This document shows, piece after piece, positions 14,216-26,950 of a stretch of 64,000 nucleotides of DNA. Both the position numbers and the translations under genes were made by a program. The notes below the pieces were generated by a model that had not been told where the DNA came from, ran no database searches, and saw nothing but the letters and a program-made list of their open reading frames with translations. The stretch comes from Hydrolagus affinis. Taxonomy: Eukaryota. Positions within the stretch are counted from its first letter, which is position 1. Each line of letters begins with the position of its first letter. The DNA is taken from contig JAAILG010000145.1 of the NCBI GenBank assembly GCA_012026655.1, forward strand, positions 62,001 to 126,000, given 5' to 3'.

Positions 14216-14598
14216 GGAGTCCTGTAGCGTTGTGGTTAGTGTGCTCGCCTCAAGAGCGAGAGGACTCAGGTTCAATTTTCGGAGCTTTAGACAGGTTTCC
14301 TCACTCCGCACGCTTATGTATAGGATCCCAGTTGTTAGTTCATTTGTTAGTTCGTCAGTTAGTTTGTTAGTTGATCTGTCAGTTAATTAGCGAATTGTTA
14401 TCCAGGGATAACAAATCCCTCATTTTAAAAATGGGGTCACTCTCTCCACAGACCTGTTTGTGGGACACTGCTGTTGTGCAACTGGCTGCTGCATTTTGCC
14501 TACAATATACACAGTCAATCCACTTTACAGTATATTCTTTGAAGTGCTTTGAGGTGTCTCAATGATGTGAAAAGATACTATATCAAATGCAAGGATTG
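14216..14598 (+). mobile_element. DeuSINE-type SINE, subfamily with an extra internal segment
   Basis: Head ggagtcctgtagc, internal ggatcccagttgttag with a local (GTTA)-type expansion, standard tail. Confidence 0.8.
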
Positions 14599-15204
14599 TG
14601 ATAGTTATTACAAGATACTGGGATTTTTTTGTATGGTGAATGACTAGAGTTGCTCAGCCCTGTGGAATGTGTCTAATAATAATTTAAAAGCTGCTGTTGC
14701 CAATATTCTGCATCCACGTTGTACTGAAATAGGGACATTTGTATTTTGGGGTTCTAATTTGATGTGATGTGGAACAGGAAGCGTAAAGTAAGCTTTGTGT
14801 TCAACATTGCTCTTTTTTTCTGCACTGCCAGGAGCAAAGCCACTTAAATCCCATCAGTATAACTTCCAGTACGGAGTGTGACTGAGCCACAATGATTCTG
14901 CTGGGAAAAACCATCATCCAGGCCTGAAATACCTGAAAAGGAATTATTAGAGGAAGTGAAGCAATCACCATTCTACAATGGCATTTCCCTAGATTCAGCT
15001 CCGATGAGACAAGACAGTGTGGTATGCGTGTAATCCTCCACCACAACCAACATCCTCTGTTTGTCATCTTACTTCCACCACATTCGCTTCCTCAAATTTG
15101 AAAGAAAGACAAATTTGGAGCCACATGTCTCTCTGGGTGTCCTTACTATAAATTCCTACCTGGATGTAAAGAGTGTCAGCAATCTAGGTTGATGAAAAAT
15201 GCAG

Positions 15205-15691
15205 CACATCATCCATCCGCACCACCCGTACCAAACTTCACTCCCCCATTACCCCAGTCCTTGCCAGACTTCACTGGCACCCTATCCACGAGAGGATCGA
15301 CTTCAAGACCCTCACCCTTGTTTTCAAATCCTTCCACTCCTCTGCACCCCCCTACCTCTCTGACCTCCTCTCTGCTCAAACCAGCTCCCGTTGCCTTCGT
15401 TCCACTGGGTCTGGCCTCCTCCATGTCCCCCGAATCCTCCGCTCCACCCTCGGCGGCTGGGCCTTCAGCCACTATGCCCCGAGGCTCTGGAATTCCCTTC
15501 CTCACTACCTTCGCCTCGCCCCCCCTCTTTTTTCAGTTTCCGGTCCCAGGTGAAGACCTTTCTCTTCAACCGCGCCTTTGGTCACCTTTCTACCCCTGCC
15601 CCTGGCTCAGTCCCGGGATCCGCTATTGTGAAGCGCTCTGAGACGCCGTCCGGCGTGGAGGGCGCTATATAAATCAAAGTTGTTGTTGTTG
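15205..15691 (+). mobile_element. L2 LINE 3' fragment (ORF2 C-terminus and tail)
   Basis: An alternate frame reads ITPVLARLHWHPIHERIDFKTLTLVFKS...AFSHYAPRLWNSLP, typical of L2 ORF2; (GTT)n tail. Confidence 0.9.
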
Positions 15692-16569
15692 TGGACTTTT
15701 TTTGTCAGTTACTGTTAGAACTGGAGCATCTACTTACAAGAATCTCAATATTACCTGCTTTCTCACTTGAATGGTTACTTTTCTACTGCCTACAGTGTGT
15801 GTCTATCCTTTCTCAAGCATTTGTAGCCACTAGTTTCTGTTAAATGAATAGAACTTCAATCCTGTTAGAAAAAACAGATAGTCCGGAAATTTCTTCCTTT
15901 TCCTACATGAGCTAGCCGGGACATTGTGGCCTGATTGACAATCTTATTGCTCCGGGCTAGTCGAAAAGAAACCAATTATTAGCGGTTTCTATGGAGCTAT
16001 TGTGCTATTTCCCCACAAAATGCTTTTGTTTTATTTCAGCTTTATGAGAACCGTGTGTCTAGTCACACAAGCTTATCCACTGCAAGACTCCAGACACTGC
16101 CTCCAGCAAAGAATGCGTTATGAAAGCCATTTGAAGTCTTATTATCTTAGCATAACGCTTCGTTTAACTCCTAAAATGCCAGGCCAATTTTGTAATTATT
16201 TTGTGGGTGGTGGGCACAAATTTCAATGGGCTCAAATAACCATAAGAATTATAAGCCTCACATTTGATATTAGCAACTTTCGATTCAGGAGGATGACTCA
16301 AAGCGCTTCACAGGATGACAGCCGTTTTGCACACAGCGAGGTCTCAAAAACTACCATGAACTAAACAACTATTTTATTGGGGGATTGCCATAAGATGGCA
16401 GCTGACCTTGTAAATGTCTCTAATAATATTCTAAACCCTGCCGAAATCAGTATTCTATACATGCACTGGACTACATTTGTGTTTTTCAGTCCCAACTTAA
16501 TGTGATGAAGAAATGTAAAATTAGGCTCCTGGCTCAAACATCAGGACTTGGAACTCATATCAGCCGAAG

Positions 16570-16900
16570 CTGATCTCAAGTGCCAGCACTGGGCGTTTGC
16601 TGCATTGTCGGAGGTGGCGTGCTATGGATGCAACGTTATACTGAGTCCCGTCTGCCTGTTAAGGTGGACATTAAACTTACCGTGGTACCATTGAAGAAGA
16701 TAAGGGAGTTTCTCCCAGTGTCCTGGCCAACAATCCCAAATTCTCTTCATGGCATTTAGTGAGATATTTGTGTGCAAATTGGCCGCCGCGTTCGCTCACA
16801 AAATACACACAGTCGCAACACTTTATGGTGTATCACGTGAAGTGCTTTGAGAAGTCTTGATATGGCTTGATACATCAAATTCCAGGGTCATTATTATATT
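16570..16900 (+). mobile_element. Older DeuSINE-type copy
   Basis: gtgcaaattggccgccgcgttcg core and diverged tail. Confidence 0.65.
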
Positions 16901-17670
16901 AGTACATCTCCATACTGCGAGGAGCAAAAGTCACTTAATTCCTGGCAGAGTCTGAATCCCAGAACAAGTGTCATTTGGCCACAATGACACAGCAGAGAAA
17001 CCAACATCAGGACCTCAAATTCCTGCTGCGGAATCATCAGAGGAAATGAAGCAATCATACTGATCTAGATTCATCTCTGATGAGACATGGTGGAGACACA
17101 ACCACCTCCTCAAACCACATTGCTGACTTTCTACAACATCCCTGCCAATTCGTTCCATGAACAGATCATGGTAAACAAGCTGATAGTTTCTAATTAAAAT
17201 TACAAAGCCCATTATTCCTGAAGACTGATTAGTGGTAGGGAAAATATGTGCTTAATTTGGCGGCTAAAATTTGCTGCATTCGTGAAATAAGTGATCGGTG
17301 TTGATTTACTTCCAATGCACTCTGATAAATGCTCTATAAATCCTTTCAGAATTCTATTCCCTGCAGAATTCTGCAACTTTGCCACCCGATGTTGGGTGTT
17401 CGGCAATATATAATATCCATTGTTAAAACTGACACTGCCAAATACCACATCTCTTTACAATGCCAGAAGCCAGTTGATTAATTAACTGTACAAAAAACAA
17501 ATTGTAGCGTGCCATCAGGAGGAAATACCAGGCATTATTTACTGGTACTGCCACGTTTGTCCCTCACCACTGCATTCTTCCAGTTGTTGTGAGGCAGATT
17601 AAGTTTGTGATTGTTTAACTCATCATGTGGCCTGAATGTTCTGCGTACCTTATATATAATCTTAACGAAT

Positions 17671-17978
17671 GGAGTCTTGTAACTCAGTGGTTAGAGCACT
17701 CGCCTTGCAAGCGAGAGATCTGGGTTCAATTCCTGGCCAGGGTGAAGCCTTGGGCAAGTTTCCTTACTCCATACAGTTGATAATAATGCCTCTCAAAAAA
17801 AAAAAAAAATTTGGTCACTCAATCCACAGCTATTTGTGGGACACTGCTGTGTGCAATTGGCTGCTGCATTTCATCCACAAGTATACAGTCAATTTACTTT
17901 ACAGTATATTCTGTGAAGTGCTTTGAGACATCTAGAAGAGGTAAAAATCACTATATCAAATGCAAGGATTATTATTAT
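17671..17978 (+). mobile_element. Full-length tRNA-Ala-derived DeuSINE-type SINE
   Basis: A-box, anticodon stem-loop ctcgc-cttgcaa-gcgag (TGC = Ala), B-box ggttcaattcc, Deu core, (ATT)n tail. Confidence 0.9.
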
Positions 17979-20900
17979 GAATCCTCACTATTGAAAACGC
18001 AGCTCTCCAAAAGATTTCTTGGTTAATTTAAAGACCATTAGAGAGGAACGTGATAGACAGAAATAAAATTTATTTCCACATTCACACCACCCTTTGGTTA
18101 CACAGTACCAAAATACATATTATGAGAGTTAACACAAAAATATTTGGGATCCAAATGTTATCATCGACATGTGGTTAATGGTTTTATTGATTTTGCTGAA
18201 CATTGAATTTTTTTGAAAAACATAATATTTTCAATTGACCCTTATTCTGCTAATCACAGATTCCTATCTTTTTTATCTAAACTAACTGGAAATGAAGGAT
18301 GAGTCTCTGGGATGAATTTTCAATCAGCACTGTGATACAATATAAGTCACTACTGGGGGTAATGAATTTGTCTCCAGCTGGCAATGCTTGATGGGAAAGT
18401 TAATTGCCTCTAACTTTGGCTGCTCCTTGAAATTACTCATCCAGTGGTAACCATGGTGAGTAGAAGATAGAAACTGAAATCCCTGCCAGCGAGTTGTGCT
18501 GGTCTTGTCCTGCATCATCAGACACAAGACGAGAATATGGTAAGTTTCTGTCAATGTTTCTCAGTCGCTCCTGGTTGGCGGCAGCAGGTCAGGCTGGATG
18601 CTCTGGCCAACTTTCTTGGGCCTGAGGCCTATGGTCTGGGTTCCACGCCAGAATGTGGTAGCTATAATCCTAAACTATGTGTAATGGTGTACGAACAAAA
18701 TGCTTCAGTTACGTGCTGTGTACTAAAGGCACAGCAAGACAGCAATTTCCATGACTTGTAAATATAATACTCTGTCAGACAGAGAGGCCTGTATATAAAT
18801 GTCTGGAAAATAAACATTATTCCCATTAGACATTGTATTTTGTATTCAAGGCAATGATAGACAAAACATTGATGGTCACGTTTGTTTCTGATACTTGCCA
18901 TATGTATTGAGGTCCTGACGAGGCATTACTCTGGTGGGTTATGTTTGAAGAAAGAACGATCAAAGTTCCCTGATGGCCCAATCTACTAAGTTGTGTGGCA
19001 TTACGTGATACGGCGCCATGTACAGACAAAGTAGATCACAACTCTGATCCCTGTCTTGTGCTTTGCTTCCTTACTTTTACTATTACTGTTTTACTTAATA
19101 CTGGTACTGCACTATCTTTCTCTGCTCTTTCTCATTCTTCCCCCAGCTCTGTACACATTTTCTTTTCTTCTGAATTTCAATTTTAAAGCTCACGCCGTGC
19201 TTATAATCTTTGAAAATCTAAATTGCCGCCACTTCAAACCCCAAGATAATACACAAAATTCATTGTGACAATTTCTTTTAACAAAAACACAAAATGAGAA
19301 AATGTAATGTGTCCTATCAACCTATTCCATTCCCAGTTATGTACCTCCTAATCTTCAAGCTACCTCTTGAGTGGTACACTGCGTGAGAGGTGCAATAGAA
19401 ATTCAAGTTGTTGTTTGCCTTATGTTGGAATCCTCACCAGTCCCACAGACGGTGAAATGGTTTTGTTTATATCATTCAGTCTGGCTCAGTTGGTGGAATT
19501 CCTGACCCAGGATTAGAAGATTATGTGTTTGAGTACCAAATTGGGACTTTGAGCTCATAGTCTAGGCTAGTACTCGATGGCCAATGCTGCATTAGTGGAG
19601 AACTGCATTGTTGAAGAAGCCATTCTTTTGCCAAGACCACATTTTCTAGTTTCTGGTCAAAAAAGAACATTCCAGTGTTTCGAGATGACCAAAAGCTGAT
19701 TAAAGACAAACAGCTGGATTCTGTCACCAACTCGCAGCACAAGATTCCAAGAGTGAGACACTGGAATTCTATTATTACCATTAGCATGGATTTCAAAACA
19801 ATTTTCTTAAGATGCTATCTTGAAGATGGACAAAATGTGTTAACAGGGGCAAGCTGTGGCAAAAGTGTATGGGGAGGAATTGGGAAAGGCTAGGAATCTT
19901 CAAATCTCGGGTCTCACTTACAACTACTTAATTTTAAACCTTTGCCCTCTACTTCTGCTCTCATGGTCCAAGCCAAATAACAACCTCCCCTGCTGCCTAA
20001 ACAAACCAAGAGAAGGGTTCAAGTTCTGTAGCATCAATAAAGATGGAGTGATAAGGCAATGGAAACAGGCTATTCGGTCCAACCATGGTCCAAGATAGGC
20101 CAAATTAAGGGGCACAAATCCATTCACATGCTTGCTACATTCTGCCAAGGGCATCAGAAATTCTTTAGAAGGTGACTTGTTTTCAAATGACTGTAATATT
20201 CTGGTGCTTTCCTGAACAAATTGGAGTAGCACTGTCCATGTCAAACCATGTCCAGGCCTATGTTTCTTATAAGTACACATAATAAACAAAAATAAATAAT
20301 CCATAACTTAACATCTTTTACATTGGGAGGATGTCTCAAAGCACTTCATGCTGAGGAATGTAATGACTGTGCAAACTCTAAAACTTTTTCCCTCAACTCC
20401 TCCGCTTTAGCAAGTCCTGCCTGAAAACCTTTTATCAACTGCGCTTACGATCACCTTTACCCACCTCCCCCGCCCACCCCACCACTGTTTGGAGGCAGGT
20501 TCCGCCACTGTTAAGTGCTCTGAGACGCTAACCTGCATGGAGGGCGCATGGAGGGTAAGCTGTTGTAGGCAACAGTCAATTGCTGCACAGCAGTGTCCCA
20601 CAAACAGCCACAAAGTAAAGTACCAATTTTATTTGGGGGATTGTTGGCCAAGTCACTGGGAGAAAATTCCTTAAACATTCTTCTGAACAGGCAGACGAAA
20701 CCCAGTCTTATTCGAAGGAAACACCTCCAATATAGCACAATCCCAATTGGAGTGCCAGCCAAGACAATACAAGTTCAAAATACTAATGTGGGATTTGAAC
20801 CCACAACCTTCCAACTTGGAGGCAATTTGCTACCAACTGAGCCAGGCTGATCTTTACAGCCCAGATCTTTAATATGTTGAGGTGCAACAATGTGTGTAGA

Positions 20901-23019
20901 GCATGCAGTGCCAAGAGATTGATTGAGGATGTTGAGGGTTAAAGGATTTATGTTCCTGGGAGGTTCTGTAATGCACACACTTTGGATGGCCTCAACAATG
21001 ACTCACAAAGGTTAATAAAAATGGGATGTTACACTTAAAATGGCTGCTATAAATATACCCAGATGATTATTTTTTATATTGGAAATCTTGTGGTAATTTT
21101 ATTCCTCTATAACAAACATACACCCAACCCTAAATAATTCGCAGTTTACGGTAATATTGCAAAACAATACATAACATTATGTAACATCATTTTACACAGA
21201 ATGCCATCATTTTAAGGAATCTGGATCTGAACATGACAGCCATTCAGATAGCCTCACAAATTGCACAAAGTTCTCAAATCATCGGCTCCTGGACATGACT
21301 ATTGCTGCATCAAAACACGATGTACCCAACCAAACATGATAAAATCCCATCATCATCACAAGATGACATTTTAATACTATCAATTAATCTGCTGCCTCAT
21401 CAGGTATGGAAGCTCCCACTATGTCCATATAAGTAGTGGAATCCACATCCAGCTTCTCATTCATTTCCATCGCAGCACAGAGCACAGTTGTCATTTTGGA
21501 ATGCCCCACATCCAACAACATTCTTTATGTGAGGTAGAGTAGCTAACCTGTTGCCAACTCTCTCTGTTTTTCCCATTCTTAAAGAGATTATTGGTATCCA
21601 AGACACTGTTTACCTTTTCTCCTTTATCTCTCAGCTTGTTGCCTCATCTCCTTCCCTGAATCCCCAACATCACCACCCTAGTAGTTGCTCAAGTAAACTT
21701 GGCAGACTGCTAAGAGTTTCTGTGCAGTAAAGGTTACAGCAAAAGAATCACCATTCAAGGACACAAATAAGATTAGATCATACAAACGAGAGATGAGAAA
21801 CCAAAGTACTGTACATCTGTTTTGAGCATTAATGTTCCATTGTTAAAAAGTAAAGGTAAAATGGAACCCATAGAATCCCAATTAAAGTGAAAACAAAAAC
21901 AATACAACTTTCAGATCTGACCATTATCGTTTAAAAACAGCTCCTGTTCTGAACGGATCACACAAAAAGTGAAGCCAAGGTTTCTCACGAAATTTGATCA
22001 TGAGCCTCAGCGATCCTGAGATTTTGCCTCACTATTGTGCAGAATAATGGAGTTTCTGGGTTGTAAGTGGATGGGACCACAGTAGTTTTCTTTGTTGCAG
22101 CTTTCTTTCTTCAGCATTTCTTTCTCACACCATTTGTGATGCCACAATACACCTACCATTTACACCATGTTCAGACAGTGTGGTATCAGATATTGTCCCC
22201 AGCTCACATGTACCGGCTTCACTTCTCCGACAACAGCCCATTACAATGCTGCCCAGTCTTCTCCTCACCCATACGCCGACAACAAAATGACCCATTAACT
22301 GCTTAAAGGCACTCAGGGAGCTTTGCGATTTGAAACGAAGAAGTACATTTAAGGAAGCATCCCAGAAACTAGGAGCGATTTCCTGTGCCTCGGGTTATAA
22401 AAACAAATATGCAGAAATTTATATTAATATGGGTCAAATTAATAATTCCACTAAATGGAAATATTTTGCTAATTCACAGCCCATCCATATTTCCATGCCA
22501 ACACAAAACATAAACAAAGCTCTCCGAATTAGTTGTTTTGCATTTTGCTGCTAACTGCAGAACAAATCTAGTAAATAAAGAGAACCAGTACATAATGAAC
22601 ATGTTATCCCACATTTTCTTGCCTGCACTCTTCTGGGAGTAATCTGCTCGCTTCACCCATACTCCACATTCCAGAGTTACATGCCAAAGCCAGATTTGCA
22701 CTCTTGTAGGAAAGAGGTCATCCATTTGGGAGAAATTACCTTCTTTTTTATCACTTGCATTAAATCCAACCCTAAAAATTTGAACAATTCACACTGTAAA
22801 ATAGAGCGAGTAATGATAAGAGCCACATGGACCCTTTTCTTTGCATTACTGTATTTAATGCGAAAAATGCTAGAAGCACTTTAGACTGTGTACTTTCATC
22901 AAGCAGTACTTTTACATTCTCTGGCTGGACAACACCAAATAAACTGTTCCTGGATTGCAATATAGGCCTGTGTATCTGATGGGTACAAGAACTCAGTTTT
23001 GTTTGCTCCCAAACTTACA

Positions 23020-23385
23020 ATAAAATACAACTTATATTTGTATGAAGCCTTTCATGTTGCGAGGATGTCTTAAAACAAGTTTCCTTACTCCACACGCCTC
23101 TGTTTGCCTAGCGATACGTAAGAACTTAGTTGTTAGTTGATAGGCAGATCACTTTCCGAGGGTAAAAATTTATTTTGTTGGACACTGCTGTGCGCGATTG
23201 GCTGCCACACTTTGCCTAGAAAATACACAATCAATCCACTTGACAATACATTCTGAAAGGAGCTATGAGATGTCTCAACGGCATGATGAACCTCTATATC
23301 AGATGCAAGGATTAGGATTATAATCCTCCTGACATGAAAAGTGCTATACAAGTGTAATTTTGTTGTTATTATTGCCCTTGGCACC
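23020..23385. mobile_element. Nested SINE fragment flanked by inverted L2 tails
   Basis: Headless SINE on + (about 23075-23320) between two minus-strand tail pieces. Confidence 0.65.
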
Positions 23386-25149
23386 TGAGGAAGTTGGAAG
23401 GGGTGAAATGCAGAAGAAAATGGCTGACAGTGCTAACAGAGATCTGCCTGCCAGTAAAAAGCAAATCAATTGCAAATAAATCATCTTAATCCCCCCAAAC
23501 CAACAAGCAACGTGTTTAATTCAAAAAGATTTTGCTTAATATCTACTTTGGAAATAAATTATTGTAAGATTTTGTTTTAAAAAGCACTGTATTGTATGAT
23601 TGATTTATAACTCTTGCAAAATATCACTTTGTGATGTCACAGCAACCCTTTAAATGTCACAGTACCACAGAGTAGTCTGGAGCACTTCCAAGTTTCAACA
23701 CATTGCGATTGACACTCATGACTATTTGAACTAGTTTGTGTGTGGATGCTTGGTGAATCACCAGGTCTGGTGGTTTACTATTTTATCCTGTTATTCCCCA
23801 AAAAATATCCCCAATGTGCATTCTTCAAACCAGTCATAAGGGAATCGGTCTCGTTTTGTGCAAAAACATGTTTTTCCAAGGACAAAGCATTTCATATTAA
23901 CTAGCTCTTCGAAAATAGTAGAACATTCGGTGAATGAGGGGAAAGTCATTTCATCCCACCAGCCCATCAAGTCTGCTATTTCTGCAGGTATCTGCATAAG
24001 GCTTAACTATTGTGGACTTCACTCCACTGATCATCTTGCAGGAAAGCGTTCTGTTCTCCAAAGATAATCAAGCCAACTCCAGAATATCTGTCTTCACACA
24101 TTCACTGCACAACCCTGGCACCAGACGCTCCCTCTATCCACACAACATTCCTCCATTCCTAACACTCCCCATCTCCCCACAGAAATCAGTATATCGCGAG
24201 GAGCGTTTGTTTAACTCACTCTACACTTGCTCTGTATCCAATATGGCTCTCAAGCCAATATTCACCCAGCTTTGCAGGAATTAATCACGGCATTGTCAAC
24301 GTCACTGCTCCAATTCCACATATTCACTACTCGAAAGGGATGTAGTTCTACAATTACAGTCCAAAGCAGATAACCTCTTATCCTGCTTCGCCACACAGAT
24401 ATATGATTTGTGCTTTAGCTATCTCCTGGTCATACACCTTGGTATGTCTGCATCAACCCTCTCCCACCATTTAACCAGCTGCGATTCTCTGTGATGATGT
24501 CTCCTGGATGTAACTGGGCCTGTCTGGATGAATAGATTAAGGCTGAACACAGAGTTCAGTCTGCAAGTGGTTTGAAGGCAGGATCAGAGTTTGAACTGCA
24601 GGTGGTGTTTTGCTTGGTATATATTATCAAGGAATTAATCCAGAGGTGGTGATGCACAGTTATCTCCTACTCTCAATTTATGCTTGGGAGGAGCAAACAT
24701 AGTCAAAACATTTGCTGCTCCAATGATAGTTTCTGAGAATTGTATTCAGCGCATTCACATTTTATTATTTTGAATCTAAATTATACCAATTGCCTACTTT
24801 GTTGAAAAAAATTGCTTTTTGCCAATTTTTAATATCCATATCATTCCAACTATTAATTGTATTCTTATTTCACTCTCAACTGACTGTTTTTCCACTTCTC
24901 TACTGTTTCTGTCCATCAGGCACTTTGAGATATCTAGAAGACGTGATAAGGCACTATATCAAATGCAGGATTATTATTATTATTAGCATCAAAACAAAAT
25001 TGTTTTGTTTCTTTAGAATAGACTGTAAAATCAGTCATTGCTTTTGAGATCTAATTTGAGGGTTTTGCTAACCATGTTTAAAAGTGTGTAAACAGGAAAT
25101 TATGGGTGCTCTTAATCATGTAAATAATAATATTTGTATTTGATAGCAT

Positions 25150-25449
25150 CTTATTGTCTATATATTGAAAAGTGAATTGACTGTACCTGTATATTCTGTG
25201 GGCGAAACATGACAGCCAATTACAGACAGCAGAAGTCCCACAAACAGCCATGGATTGAGTCACCCAATTTTTTGAAGGGTTTATTACCCACGGAAAGCGA
25301 TCTGCCAATCGATTAACAACTGGGATCCTACTTACTGTTGGCTAAACAGTGTGGACTAAGGAAAACTTGCCCGAGGTTTCACCCTGTCAGGAATCGAAGC
25401 CGGATGCTCTTGTTTGCTAAGCTAATACATTAACCAATACTCTACTCCA
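25150..25449 (-). mobile_element. DeuSINE-type SINE, extra-segment subfamily
   Basis: Core, gattaacaactgggatcctacttac segment, degenerate head. Confidence 0.75.
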
Positions 25450-26585
25450 CTGGGGAATTCCAAATAACAACCAATAGTAAAGGATTTCTGAAGATTCTAA
25501 TATACCCCAAACTAGACCCCACTGTCAGCATTTTGGTTGTCCTTGCATCTACCTTTGGGTATTTTTAGTCGTAAGTGATTGGTGTGAGGGTCGTTTTAAA
25601 CAAGCTGTGCCTTACTCCCTAGAAAATCTGGTATCGCTGCTGCACAAATGATTGGAAAAAGCTCAACCTTCACATTATGCTGTGAAGCATTATCGGACCA
25701 TAACTGAAGGCGTCTGATCACAACAGAACAATTTGATGACATTTGGCACTGGTGAATTGTGCTGATGAATAACCCAGATTTCGGTTGAAAATGTTACAAT
25801 TATCCTCCATAAATTAGGAATCTGCTGAAGAAATGTGATGTAAACCATCCCCCTTTACTGAGCCCACAGCCAGAAAACTGTCTCGATCCTCTTGACATGA
25901 AGTGTTATCCAAGTATGTACAAGTATGTCAACAGATTCATCGAGGCACTGTACATCTCTCCCTGCAAAATACTGTGTGAACACAATGTACGATGACTCAA
26001 CCAAATATGTAAATCTATCTAAAGTTTCCAAAAGAGATAAAAAGTTGAGGGAAGAAAGAAAGGAAGGAATGAAAACCTGGTGTGGATTGAGCGAGGATGG
26101 TTTCTGGATGCATTATCCATCCAGGAATTTGGGAAAGGTTTTGCTGTCTAGGAATGTCACATAATGGCATTTGCTGTACCGATTGTTTATGCCCAATTGC
26201 TCTGCCGCCTGGTAACTCAGACACTGTAACAGGAAATGAGTTAAGTGCTGGCTTCTTGGCCCAATTGACATCAATTCTAAGCCTTGCAGACCCAAGGGGT
26301 TGAGTCTTTAGTGCCTGGTCTGTGTTGAGTTACCGATTTACATCTGGGACAACAGTAGGACTGGGCGGGGGTTGCATAATTTGTCTCAGCATGGAGTGGA
26401 GGGGATGTTAGGGAAGAAGGAAAAAATCAATTATGAATATTCCCGCTCCTAGTTCGTATCCAATAAATCCTGGTGTAAAGTGCACATAAGTATCAAGAAG
26501 GCGAGCAATGCAGTCAACCTCAATTCCATCAACAGTAACAGATAGCCAGCAACCACCATACATTGCCTAGGCTCATGAATTAATA

Positions 26586-26950
26586 AATAATAATAATCAT
26601 AATTCTTGCACTTGATATAGCGCCTTATCATGTCATTGAGGCATCTCAAAGCACTTCAGAGTATAGTTAAAGTGGATTTACTGTGTATTTTGTGGGCCAA
26701 ACGTGGCAGCCACACTGTGTCCCACAAACAGTAATGGATTTTTTTTTTTAAGTGGGGGGCGGGTGGAAGGAATCATTATGCCAGGAAAGTGATCCGCCAA
26801 TCGACTAACAGCTGAGTTCCTACTTATTGCTAGGTAAACAGAAGCGTGTGGTGCAAGGAAAATTTGAGTAAAGTTTCACTCTGTCAGGAAATGAACTCAG
26901 GTCCTCTCGCTTGCAAGTCTAGTGCACTAATCACTACGCTATGGGACTCC
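26586..26950 (-). mobile_element. Full-length DeuSINE-type SINE, extra-segment subfamily
   Basis: Tail, core, extra segment, and head ending gggactcc. Confidence 0.85.

Noticed and set aside
15071-15180. Isolated minus-strand exon-like segment with a GTAAGA donor, and similar ones near 14.1 and 27.3 kb
   Set aside because: No recognisable protein and no convincing phase-compatible link to the 11-13 kb chain. Such pseudo-exons are expected by chance.
15189-15672. Overlapping Pro/Ser-rich ORFs
   Set aside because: Off-frame and antisense translations of an L2 ORF2 fragment.
17671-17745. tRNA-Ala(UGC)-like cloverleaf (also at the other SINE heads)
   Set aside because: No proper acceptor stem, and it runs directly into the SINE body and tail. 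It is a SINE head, not a tRNA gene.
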